Shown in pieces: positions 27,456-36,548 of a stretch of DNA of 64,000 nucleotides. Each line of letters starts with the position of its first letter. Within the stretch, counting starts at the first letter, position 1. Under the pieces are notes generated by a model. The model saw only the letters and a list, made by a program, of their open reading frames with translations, was not told where the DNA came from and did no database searches. Source of the DNA: Thermoplasmata archaeon (GTDB taxonomy: Archaea; Thermoplasmatota; Thermoplasmata; Lutacidiplasmatales; UBA184); NCBI GenBank assembly GCA_028864975.1, contig JAGWLG010000010.1, forward strand, positions 26,352 to 90,351, given 5' to 3'. Made by a program: the position numbers and the translations under genes.

Positions 27456-28469
27456 ATGAGCCCACCGACCACCGGCCCCATCTGTCCGTCGTGCGGTGGG
27501 CTCAACAAGCCTTCCGCCAAGTTCTGCCGAAGCTGCGGGAAGCCGCTCGGCACGGCGGGCACCGCCACGCCGTCTCCCCCGAACGCGGGCCCGGCCCCTT
27601 CCCCCGCTCCCCTCACCATCGGGGCCTCGGCCCCCACTTCGGCGCCACGTCCCGCCCCTCTTCCGCGCGCTGACGACATGGAGAGCCGGTCGCGGATCGT
27701 GGAGGAGCGAGAGCTCGGGCTCCAACGCTTGCGCGAGGACCTCGACCGCCGAGCTTCGGAGTTGAGTGCGCGAAACGAGGAGCTGGAGCGCACCCGGGCT
27801 TCGCTCGAGACCCGCGAAAGGTCCCTCGCTCCCGCCGAGGCCAAGATCACCCAGCGGACCCAGGAGCTCGACCAACGGGAAGCGGCGCTCGAAGCGAGGG
27901 CCGCTTCGCAGCGGACCCAGGAGGAAGAGCTCTCGGGGAAGGAGAAGCAGCTCGCGGAAGGACAGCAGGGGATGGAGACGCGCGAGAAGGAACTGCGCAC
28001 TCAGCTCCAGGACCTCGAGCAGCAGAAGGGGCTGCTTCGTCGCCAGGCCAAGATGCTCGACCAACGGGAGGCCGACCTTCGGAGGAGGGAGCTCGCGGCC
28101 GCCTCGGCCGAGCCCGAGTCCCTAGGCGCCGGAGCTTCATCGCCCTCGGTCCCGCCACCGTCCCCTCCGGTCCGCACCGAGGCCCCCGTCGCCCCGCCCT
28201 CCCCCGCGGGTCCCGTTCCAATCGTACCCGTGGGCGTGGGCGCGAGTGCGGGTGGGAGTGCGCCCCCCACGCCGCCTCCACCGCCTCCGGCCCAAGCGCC
28301 CCTTCCCCCGCCCCACGCCCCGGGGGGCCCACCCGCCTATCCGCCCCCTCCCCCCACGAGTTCCGAGGAGCGGCCGCTCTTCTGCCAGGAGTGTGGCTCA
28401 CCGAACCGACGGAGGCACCGGTTCTGCCACAAGTGCGGCGCCAAGCTTCCGGTGCAGAGCGCCCCCTAG
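27456..28469 (+). CDS. Zinc ribbon - long coiled coil - Pro-rich - zinc ribbon protein
   Basis: CPSC-x10-CRSC at the N-terminus, ~130 aa E/R/Q-rich heptad region, poly-Pro, CQEC-x10-CHKC at the C-terminus; TATA box upstream of ATG 27456. Confidence 0.8.
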   Translation: MSPPTTGPICPSCGGLNKPSAKFCRSCGKPLGTAGTATPSPPNAGPAPSPAPLTIGASAPTSAPRPAPLPRADDMESRSRIVEERELGLQRLREDLDRRASELSARNEELERTRASLETRERSLAPAEAKITQRTQELDQREAALEARAASQRTQEEELSGKEKQLAEGQQGMETREKELRTQLQDLEQQKGLLRRQAKMLDQREADLRRRELAAASAEPESLGAGASSPSVPPPSPPVRTEAPVAPPSPAGPVPIVPVGVGASAGGSAPPTPPPPPPAQAPLPPPHAPGGPPAYPPPPPTSSEERPLFCQECGSPNRRRHRFCHKCGAKLPVQSAP

Positions 28470-28652
28470 GTGTCCTCTCCTCGTCCCTCGCCGAGGGCAG
28501 GACCGGCGGCCCCGCGCGCGAAGCGTCCCGCGGCCCGGCCCCGGCCGAGCTACGTGGGGCCGACGGCGAGGCAGGGTTACGCCCGGTGGGGGGCTCGGGC
28601 GGGACCTGCGGAGGGCGCCCTCTTCGTCGCGGTTCGGGGGATGCGCGTCCTC

Positions 28653-29189
28653 TCAGGCCGCCGAGGTGGCGCTGTAGCCTTCCTCCGCCGGGGCCGAGGG
28701 CGCGGCGAGCCAGAGTGCGAGCGCGCCAAGGAGCGCGAGCGTCCCTCCGACCATGGCCAGGTAGAAGCCCACGCCCGCGCTGTCGAGGAAGAGCGCCCCC
28801 CATAGCGACCGGGCCCCCGTGTTGAACCGGAACGCCGCGACGAGCGGCAGGGCGAAGACGCCCAGCGCGACCAAGGTGGCGGCGAGCTTCGGGAGGGTCT
28901 CGTGGGCGCGTCCCGTTCCCCAGACCCGAGGACGGACCAGGGCGGCGGCCAGGATGACGAGGCCAATGGCCCCTGCGGCGAGAACGGCGAGCTCGGGGAG
29001 GTGGCCCATGAGGTCGACCCCATTGAGCCCGCGGACCGGTCCCAGGGCGCTGAAGGTGTACCACGGCAGCACGAGGGCGAGGAGGACCAGCAGGCCACCC
29101 GCCGCGAGAAGGAAACAGGGGAACCGCGACGGCGAGGCCTCGCGGTGGAAGAGGACCTCCTCGTCCCACGGCGCCCGGCCCGCGCTCAT
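28653..29189 (-). CDS. Four-TM claudin/PMP22-like membrane protein
   Basis: TM1 ending LVLPWY; TM4 GVGFYLAMVGGTLALLG; ATG overlaps the upstream stop by 4 nt. Confidence 0.7.
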   Translation of the reverse strand: MSAGRAPWDEEVLFHREASPSRFPCFLLAAGGLLVLLALVLPWYTFSALGPVRGLNGVDLMGHLPELAVLAAGAIGLVILAAALVRPRVWGTGRAHETLPKLAATLVALGVFALPLVAAFRFNTGARSLWGALFLDSAGVGFYLAMVGGTLALLGALALWLAAPSAPAEEGYSATSAA

Positions 29190-32100
29190 GCGTCCTCCGC
29201 GGGGCTCGAGGCGTCCTCGCCCTTGATCTCAGGACCCGCAGCGGGACCCGAGCCCTCCGGCTCCACGGTCGAGGACGGGGAGGGTCGCGTGGGGGCGGAC
29301 GACGCGGCGGGGGCCGTGGACGGTCGGTCCGTGTCCGCCGCCCCATCCGCGTCGTCCCCTGCGGTGGGGAGAGACCCCCCGCGGGCGCCCTGCGTCCTAT
29401 CGGACCCCCTACCGCGCGGGGAGGGCTCCCTTCCCCTCCGGTGGAGCACCATCGCGAGCAGACCCATCGCCAGGATCGCCACGAGCCCGGCGAGGAGGGC
29501 GATCGGCGCCAGGCTCGCGTTGTCGATGCTCACCGTCTGCGAGAAGCTGCGGCTCTCTCCGAGCGAGTTCACTGCCGTGACGGTGACCAGGTGGTGCCCG
29601 TTGGGATACTGCGCGGTGTTGAGGCTCATCGACGCGGTGACCGGCGTGCCGCTCGCCGGGGCGAGCTCCATCGCGACCTGGGGGCCGCCATCGATCTGGA
29701 ACCAGGCCGCCTGGAGGCCAGCAGGGTCGCTCAAGGTGACCGTGTAGGTCACGGTGCCGCTGAGGACCGGCACGCCCGGCTCCGCGAAGGCGGCGACCGT
29801 GCCGCTAAGGTCGATCTCGAAGGTGACGCTCGCCACCGCTTCGCGGTTCCCGGCGAGGTCCGTCCCGTAGTAGTAGACCGTGGTCGCCCCGGTGGTGGTG
29901 TACGTCAAGGGCGTCAGGTAAACGTGCCACGGGCCGTTCGCAGAAGCATTGCTGTAGAGGATCGTGTCGACCCCGCTGCCACCGTTGTCCGTCGCCGAGA
30001 GCGAGAGCGCGACCGGCGTTGCGTACCATCCGGAGGCCGTGAGGTTCCCCGAGAGCGAGGCCGCGGTCACCGGCGGGGTCGAGTCGATGCGGACCGTCTG
30101 CGACTCGACGGGCTCGACAAGCCCCGAGCCGCTCACCGAGTAGAACCGCAGGGCGTGCACGCCGTCGCCCGCGACGAGGAGGGCACTCCCCCGCGTCCAG
30201 TTCGAACCGTCCAGGCTCCAGTAGGTGGAAGCGATGCCGCTTGGTCCCCCCTTGGCCGTCAGGGTGACCGGGACGCTGGAGGCCGTGTACCACCCTCCTT
30301 GCACGTTGGAGGTCGTCAACGGGACCACGGCATCGACCTCGATCGTAACCGTCGAGCTCGGTCCTTGGACCCCGGAGTTCGAGACGGCGTAGGCGCTCAA
30401 GAGCGTCGAACCCAGGGCGGAGATCGAGAACGGTCCCGTGTAGATGGTCGGAGCGCCCGAGCCGACCTGGTCGACGATCTCACGCACGCCGCTCGGACCG
30501 GGGCTCGCCGAGAGCGAGACCGTGACCGGCCCGGTATACCACCCAGAGGTCCCGAGGGGGCCGGTGAGGACGATGGCCACAGACGGGGCGACCGGGTCCA
30601 CGATCGTCGAGGCCTCTGACCCGGGGAACGTCCCGCGGTTGCCCGCGAGGTCCTGCCCCACGGCCGCGAACTCGTACGTACCGGCCCCGGGGGCGCTGAA
30701 CGTGAACGGGCTGGCCGTGATGAGGGTGGTCGACGCGAGCGACCAGGTGGTCCCCGAGCTGTTGGACCAGTAGATCCAGACCCCGGCGACGCCGCTCCCT
30801 CCAGGGTCGCTCGCGGACCACGGGACGGGGAAGGACATCGCGGTCTCGAACGCGGGCAATGGCAGGACCGTGGCGCGCGGCGGCTGGGTGTCGACCATGA
30901 AGCGCTCCGAGCTCGACCAGCCCGCCGTACCGCCGGAGGCCGAGACGGCCTCGACACGCCAGTACCAGTTCCCGTCCGTCAGGACCACGCCGAGCGAGGT
31001 GCCCGCGAGGCCGCCGTAGGTCTGGGTCCCGGGGCCGAAGGTCGCGCTGGAGGAGACCTGCGCCGTGTAGGACGCGTTCGCGTTCGCCACCGGAGACCAG
31101 ACGAGGGTCGCCCCGCTCGAGTTGACGAAGCTTCCCGTGAGCGGGGAAACCGGGGTCGGGACCGCGAGGGCCCAGACGTTGAAGGGGACGCTCGGGGCCA
31201 CGTTGGGAGGGATCGCCTGGTCATAGGCCCCGAGCTGCTGCACGCCGGGGGTCGAGGGCACGGTGAAGGCGACCGCTCCCCAGCCCTGCGCGTTCGTGCC
31301 GACGGTGGTCCCGAACAGCGGCAGGCCGTTCCACGAGAGGGTGACCGCGTTGGAGGCCGCGAAGCCCGCGAGCAGGACCGACACCGAGTTCCCCTCGTAG
31401 GTCGAGGTCGTCGTCGGGAAGATCTTCGGGGTCTCCGTGAACGCGACGGAGTTGGGGACGTTCCCGAGGCTGTCGTACCCGCTGATCGCGTGCGCTCCGG
31501 CGGGCGCCGCCGGGACCGTGAAGGCGATGACCACCGTGCCCAGCACGTTCGTCATCTGTTGGATGCCGGTGGGTCCACCGTCCCAGGTGACCTGGACGTA
31601 GGAGAGGGCGCCCATGCCCTGGTAGGTGAGCGTGTCCACCGACAGGAACGGACCGCTGGTGGCCGACTCGGAGAGCGAGGGCTCGACCGTGAAGTTCGCG
31701 AGCGCGCTGTGGGCGGCGCTGTCGTTCGCCCAGACCGGGTAGGGGCCGGCCGCGCGCGTGGGGACCGTGAACGTGGTGGCGAAGACCCCCGTCGCGTTGG
31801 CACTCGCCGTGGCGAGCGCGGTGGCGATCCCCTTCCAGAAGATCGAGACGGTGGCGCTAGGACCAAAGTTGAACCCCAGCGCGGTAACGGTCGAGTTGAC
31901 CACGCCGGCGTTGGGCACGAGGAGGAGCACCGGGCCCACGAGGAAGAAAGCCGGGGCCACCACCCCGTTGGCGTCGAGCGCGACCACGGGGTGGACACCG
32001 CGGTATGCCCCGACCGGGACCGTCCACGTGCCGAAGGCGGCCGGGAGGACCGCGCCCGTCGCGTTCGAAGTGATCCCGGCCCCGAACCCGAAGATGGTCC

Positions 32101-33733
32101 GCTGCGTCGCGAGACCGTAGTCCCAGAGGAGGGCGACCCCGGCGTTCGCGCTCAGCCCTTCCGCGTAGGTGATCAGGACCGTGCTCCCCGCGGCTCCGGC
32201 GAAGGGGCGCAGGGTGAGCGAGGCCTCGATGGTGAAGGTGGCTCCGGCGGAGGGACCCGTCGCCGGGGTGAAGGTCACGGTGTGGCCCCCGTTCCACGCC
32301 GGGGGGGCGCCGTTGGAGAAGGAGAACCCGCCCCGGGTGTTGGTGGCCCCGGTGGCGAGGGTGTGCTGGTCCCCGAGCCCGAAATCCCAGTAGACCGTGA
32401 TCGCCGAGGAGCCCGCGAAGCCGGTCCCCACCCCCGAGAAGGCCGTTCCCACCGGGCCGCTCGCCGGGGCGAGGAGGACCTGGGGGACGATCTGGAAGTT
32501 GTCGGTGGCACCGTGGCCGGCGACGTCGAGGCCCTCGACGGTGTGCGAGCCCGCCGTGTCCGCGGGGATCGTGACCCCGACCACGAAGCTCCCGGCGGGG
32601 TCCGTGGTCCCGCTCGCCAGGAGCGCCCGGTTCGGTCCCGTGGGGGACCAGATCACCTGGTAGGAGGTCAAGGGCGAGAACCCGTCGCCCGCTACGGTCG
32701 CGGTGCTGCCCACGAACCCCGAGCCCGGCGAGATCGACACCGACGCGGCGAGCGCGAAGGGGGCGGAGGCGGTGTCACCGGCATCGTCCGTCATCTGGAC
32801 GATGTAGATGCCGGCCGGGTCCGCGGGGACGTTGAACCCGCAGTTGATCCCGCCGTTGCCGCTCAGGCCCGAGCCCGTGCAGCTGTCGCCGGGTAGACCT
32901 CCGGCCCCGTTCCACGTGAGCGAGACGATGTTCCCGCCGTTGTCATAGCCCGTTCCGACGACGGTGATCCCCTGGCCGACGTTCCCGGTCGCAGGGAACA
33001 GCTGGAGGTCGGTCACGGTGATGAAGGTCGCGGTCGCGGTGTAGCCGTTGTTGTCGCGCAGGGTGACGAAGTGGTTCCCCGCCACGCTCGAGGGGACCGT
33101 GAACGAGCAGGTGACGTTCCCCTGGGCGTCGATCCCGGCACCGTTGCAGCTGCTGCCCCCAAGGGGGCCGCCCGACCCGTCCCAGGAGATCCGGTTGATG
33201 GTCCCGCCGGTGCTCCAGCCGGTCCCCGTGACGCTGACCACGGTGTTCACCGGGCCCGAGGAGGGGCTCATTGCGAACGTGGGGCTGACCGTGAAGGACG
33301 CGGTCGCGGTGTTTACCCCCTGGACCACGGCGACGTTGGCCGTTCCCGCGTTGCCCCACCACAGGTCGATCGTGACGTCGAGGTTGCCCCCGGCGGAGGT
33401 CGTGCAGCTCCCTGCGAGCGCTCCGGGGCCTCCCGCCTGGCAGAAGAGGAGGATCTGGCCCCCGGCGAACGTGATGGTGCCAGTGACGGCGGCGGTCGCG
33501 CCCCATCCCCCGCCGGTGATGCGCAGCGGGGTCCCCACGGTGGCCGTGGTCGGGTTCACGGAGATAGAGGCCGCCGGTAGCGCGTGTGCGCCGGGAACCA
33601 ACATCATGAGCATCAGCCCCACGACCAGGAAGGCGACGCGAACGGTCGGGCGACGGAGCCGCGGGGCGAGGGCCCCCACAGGCGAGTTCGGCGCAACCCC
33701 GGCGGCCCTGCACTCAGCTACCTCTGCTTGCAT
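29186..33733 (-). CDS. Giant type-I surface glycoprotein (about 9 IPT/TIG-like repeats, FN3/Ig and OmpL47-like domains, C-terminal TM)
   Basis: Nine ~95-aa units beginning x-P-x-x-G-x-x-G...G-x-G-(F/W/Y); GNWYWRVEAV; three GWYT/GWYA..V.LSA repeats; TM LAPIALLAGLVAILAMGLLAMVLHRR. Confidence 0.85.
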   Translation of the reverse strand: MQAEVAECRAAGVAPNSPVGALAPRLRRPTVRVAFLVVGLMLMMLVPGAHALPAASISVNPTTATVGTPLRITGGGWGATAAVTGTITFAGGQILLFCQAGGPGALAGSCTTSAGGNLDVTIDLWWGNAGTANVAVVQGVNTATASFTVSPTFAMSPSSGPVNTVVSVTGTGWSTGGTINRISWDGSGGPLGGSSCNGAGIDAQGNVTCSFTVPSSVAGNHFVTLRDNNGYTATATFITVTDLQLFPATGNVGQGITVVGTGYDNGGNIVSLTWNGAGGLPGDSCTGSGLSGNGGINCGFNVPADPAGIYIVQMTDDAGDTASAPFALAASVSISPGSGFVGSTATVAGDGFSPLTSYQVIWSPTGPNRALLASGTTDPAGSFVVGVTIPADTAGSHTVEGLDVAGHGATDNFQIVPQVLLAPASGPVGTAFSGVGTGFAGSSAITVYWDFGLGDQHTLATGATNTRGGFSFSNGAPPAWNGGHTVTFTPATGPSAGATFTIEASLTLRPFAGAAGSTVLITYAEGLSANAGVALLWDYGLATQRTIFGFGAGITSNATGAVLPAAFGTWTVPVGAYRGVHPVVALDANGVVAPAFFLVGPVLLLVPNAGVVNSTVTALGFNFGPSATVSIFWKGIATALATASANATGVFATTFTVPTRAAGPYPVWANDSAAHSALANFTVEPSLSESATSGPFLSVDTLTYQGMGALSYVQVTWDGGPTGIQQMTNVLGTVVIAFTVPAAPAGAHAISGYDSLGNVPNSVAFTETPKIFPTTTSTYEGNSVSVLLAGFAASNAVTLSWNGLPLFGTTVGTNAQGWGAVAFTVPSTPGVQQLGAYDQAIPPNVAPSVPFNVWALAVPTPVSPLTGSFVNSSGATLVWSPVANANASYTAQVSSSATFGPGTQTYGGLAGTSLGVVLTDGNWYWRVEAVSASGGTAGWSSSERFMVDTQPPRATVLPLPAFETAMSFPVPWSASDPGGSGVAGVWIYWSNSSGTTWSLASTTLITASPFTFSAPGAGTYEFAAVGQDLAGNRGTFPGSEASTIVDPVAPSVAIVLTGPLGTSGWYTGPVTVSLSASPGPSGVREIVDQVGSGAPTIYTGPFSISALGSTLLSAYAVSNSGVQGPSSTVTIEVDAVVPLTTSNVQGGWYTASSVPVTLTAKGGPSGIASTYWSLDGSNWTRGSALLVAGDGVHALRFYSVSGSGLVEPVESQTVRIDSTPPVTAASLSGNLTASGWYATPVALSLSATDNGGSGVDTILYSNASANGPWHVYLTPLTYTTTGATTVYYYGTDLAGNREAVASVTFEIDLSGTVAAFAEPGVPVLSGTVTYTVTLSDPAGLQAAWFQIDGGPQVAMELAPASGTPVTASMSLNTAQYPNGHHLVTVTAVNSLGESRSFSQTVSIDNASLAPIALLAGLVAILAMGLLAMVLHRRGREPSPRGRGSDRTQGARGGSLPTAGDDADGAADTDRPSTAPAASSAPTRPSPSSTVEPEGSGPAAGPEIKGEDASSPAEDA

Positions 33734-34078
33734 GCGATGTCCTCCTTCGGATGGCGAAGGAGCATGATCCGGGACCCCGGGGCTCCCGAGGGGAAGGACG
33801 CCCCGCCAGCGTCACGGCTGCGAGGGGCGGGTCGCGGGGCCGGTGGAGGGAAGGCGCTCCGTCCGACGGTCCTCCCCAAGACCCGCTCAAGATGCCGCGT
33901 TGGACCCTCGGCGGGCCTCGGACGTACCATCGAACGACCACTACCCTGTCCGGAGGAGACATCCTTTTTGGCGCAAGGCCCGAACCGCGGCACCGACGCG
34001 CGTTCCGTCGATCCCGAGGGCAGACGGCCGACGCGGAGGGCGACACCCTCCGAGACCGTCCGCGCGAGGGGCCACGCA

Positions 34079-35233
34079 TCAGGTCGAGCATCGCGGGCAG
34101 GAGAGCACCCTCACTCCGGTGAGCGCCGAGGGGATCAGGGAGCTTCCACATCGTCGGCAAGCGGGAAAGGCGGGTCGAGCGCCGCCCCTTCCCATCTTCA
34201 CCGAGGAGGACGCGAGCGCGTCCTTCGACGGCGTGGCCCGCGCTCGGACCGCGACCGTACCCAGGACGACCGCGAGCAGCGCGGCGGCCGCGATCGTCCC
34301 CAGGACCGGGGGCGAGAGGACCCAAGCCGGCACCAGCGCCCTCGGGAAGTGTAGGGTGCTAAGGGCCACCGTGGGATCGTAGGAGAGCGAAGCATAACCG
34401 CCAGGGGCTCCGACGAAGAGCAGGTCGACGGACGAACTCTGGTCGTCGCTCGAGCCCTGGACGGAGCTCACGACGGAGACGGAAGCGCCAGCGCCGCCAG
34501 GGTAGCTGACCGAGGCCGTCGGTCCCCAGGTCAGACTAGCGATCGGCGAGCCCGAGCCGCCCCCCGACTCCTCGACGTCCTCCCCCGAGCTTCCGGAGGT
34601 GAGGTTCGTCGCTTGGGCCGCGCGGGCACCGAGCACCAATCCCAGGCTGTCCGAGGGATCCTGCCACGGCCAGCCCGAGGCCTGGACGTCGAACTTCACC
34701 CTCCAGTCGGAGCTGCCGCCGCTGTTCGAGAGATGGAAGGTCAAGGCGACGTCGATCGGGGTGGAGTTCCCGTAGACGTAGTCGAGAGGCTCCGAGGTGT
34801 TCCAGGTCCCCGTCGCGGGAGAGGCGCTCGGCGTGCCCGTGAGCTGCACAAGGACTCCTGAGGAGGTGGTCGACCAGGAGAGGTTCCAGCCGGGATCACC
34901 GTCTCCCAAGGGGGCGTACGCCACAACCTCCCCTGACGGCGCGACCTCGGCGAGACCCACAGCAGAGGCGCTGAAGTTCACCCGGCCATCCTGCACAGAA
35001 GAGACCCAGAACGTGGGGGTCTCTCCGGCGAACTGGAGCCGGACCTCTCCGTTCGTCCAGGTGAAAGGTGCAGGGTGCGGGTCCTCCGACGGCGCGCCCG
35101 GCGTGTCGGCACGGGCGGAGGAGGCCCCCAGGGTGAGGAGCAGGAGGGCGGCTACGAAGGTCGCGAGGAGGGTGGGGAGAGCTCGGCCCCGGAAGGCGGC
35201 GGTCCGGCGAGAGAGGAAGGTCGAGTCGTTCAC
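34079..35233 (-). CDS. Secreted beta-rich protein with C-terminal TM and zinc-ribbon tail
   Basis: Signal peptide ending SARA-DT, beta-rich ectodomain, TM LGTIAAAALLAVVLGTVAV, CRRC-x16-CPRC. Start placed at GTG 35233. Confidence 0.7.
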   Translation of the reverse strand: MNDSTFLSRRTAAFRGRALPTLLATFVAALLLLTLGASSARADTPGAPSEDPHPAPFTWTNGEVRLQFAGETPTFWVSSVQDGRVNFSASAVGLAEVAPSGEVVAYAPLGDGDPGWNLSWSTTSSGVLVQLTGTPSASPATGTWNTSEPLDYVYGNSTPIDVALTFHLSNSGGSSDWRVKFDVQASGWPWQDPSDSLGLVLGARAAQATNLTSGSSGEDVEESGGGSGSPIASLTWGPTASVSYPGGAGASVSVVSSVQGSSDDQSSSVDLLFVGAPGGYASLSYDPTVALSTLHFPRALVPAWVLSPPVLGTIAAAALLAVVLGTVAVRARATPSKDALASSSVKMGRGGARPAFPACRRCGSSLIPSALTGVRVLSCPRCST

Positions 35234-35348
35234 GGTCGTTCCTGACCGGTCTAGTTCGGCCAGATGGTCAAGCGTTTTGGCGCAGGGTCCGAACTGGCTG
35301 GTGCAAGCTCTGGAGGGGGACGGCTCCCGGACACCGACCGCCATGGGT

Positions 35349-35873
35349 TCATTCCCTCAGGAGGCCGACGAAGGCCTCCAGGAACCGGTCCACGAGGCGA
35401 TCATCGAAGCTCTCGCGGTAGGACCGGAGGAGCCCCTGCACACGGGCGGGGGAGGTCGGGCGGTAGCGGCGCGACTCGCCCTCCAGGTAGCTCTCGACGA
35501 CCCCTCGCTCGATCATGTGGCGGAGATGGAAGGAGACCGTGGACCGGCTGAGCCCCACCCGGGAGGGGAGCTCCGCGAACGTGAGCCCCGGGGATGCGAG
35601 CATCTCGACGAGCAGCACGCGTTCGGCTGGGCTGCGGAGGAAGAGGAGGATCTTTCGGTCCTCCCACGTCATCTCCTGGGGGAAGTAGCGGTCGCGTCCG
35701 CCCGCCCGCTCGCGGCGTAGCGCGCCGCCGCGCGTGAGCTGGTCCAAGTGGTACGCGGTCTGCCCCCAGCCCAGATGGAGCGCTCGTTGCAGCTCTCGCG
35801 CGCTGATCCCGGGGTTCGCGCGCACCGCTTCGAAGATGCGGCGACGGGTGCCTTGCTGGAGGAGCTCATCCAT
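35349..35873 (-). CDS. Tandem winged-helix transcriptional regulator (ArsR/MarR-like, archaeal type)
   Basis: RRRIFEAVRANPGISARELQRAL..GQTAYHLDQL, and a second HTH PGLTFAEL..VGLSRSTVSFHLRHM. Confidence 0.88.
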   Translation of the reverse strand: MDELLQQGTRRRIFEAVRANPGISARELQRALHLGWGQTAYHLDQLTRGGALRRERAGGRDRYFPQEMTWEDRKILLFLRSPAERVLLVEMLASPGLTFAELPSRVGLSRSTVSFHLRHMIERGVVESYLEGESRRYRPTSPARVQGLLRSYRESFDDRLVDRFLEAFVGLLRE

Positions 35874-36165
35874 GCCCGGGGACCGTGGCGGTGGGCCTCC
35901 GTCGGACCACGGAGAGGTAAAGCAGGCCCGCGGCCGCCACGAGGATCATGAGCGGGAGCGAGGCGACCTGAAGACGCGCGCCGTAGAGGGGCGAGACCTC
36001 ACCCACCAACGCGGCCACCCCGACCGCAGCGAGGAGGGTGAACGAGCCGGCAATGAAGTAGAGCCGCCGCTCCTCGTACCGTTTCGCCGCGAGGACGGCG
36101 ATGAGGGCGAGAGTTCCCGCGAGACCCGCCAGAAGGACCGCCAAGAAGACCGAGATGAGGTCCAC
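35866..36165 (-). CDS. Small 3-TM membrane protein coupled to the wHTH regulator
   Basis: Three hydrophobic helices; overlaps the wHTH start. GTG 36165 chosen; ATG 36228 is also possible. Confidence 0.65.
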   Translation of the reverse strand: MDLISVFLAVLLAGLAGTLALIAVLAAKRYEERRLYFIAGSFTLLAAVGVAALVGEVSPLYGARLQVASLPLMILVAAAGLLYLSVVRRRPTATVPGHG

Positions 36166-36294
36166 GGCGTCTGCACGGACCTGTTGGCTATGAGGGCTCG
36201 GTGTGGGCGGCTGGGGGTTGCACCACACCGTTCGGAGCCTGCACCAAAAGCCTAGTCCCCTTCGTGGCGCCTCGAGGGTCCAGAGGTCGACAAC

Positions 36295-36543
36295 ATGGGC
36301 GCACTACCCTTGGTGCTGCTGGCCGTGATCGGGGCGACCGCCCTGGTCGCGCCGGCCGTCGTGCACCTCCCGGCGTTTTCCCATCCGGCCTCCGGTAGCG
36401 GAGCTTCCGGGTGTCCATCGGACACCCAGCCGAGCCCGGGGGACGGATCGGACGGACCCGGAGAGAACGAGAGCGAGATGGAGTACGAGAACGAGTCGAG
36501 CGACGATGGCTCCGATGGCGGCTCGGGCTCCTGCGGCTCGTGA
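36295..36543 (+). CDS. Small exported protein with acidic Ser/Gly tail
   Basis: Signal-like N-terminus, then GC...ENESEMEYENESSDD...SCGS. Confidence 0.5.
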   Translation: MGALPLVLLAVIGATALVAPAVVHLPAFSHPASGSGASGCPSDTQPSPGDGSDGPGENESEMEYENESSDDGSDGGSGSCGS

Positions 36544-36548
36544 GCACG

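Noticed and set aside
24201-28469. Track ORFs 24201-28064 (1287 aa) and 26754-28469 (571 aa) taken as single long proteins
   Set aside because: Their N-terminal parts overlap each other antisense. TATA boxes at 27371-27428 and the signal peptide or zinc ribbon place the real starts at about 27353 and 27456.
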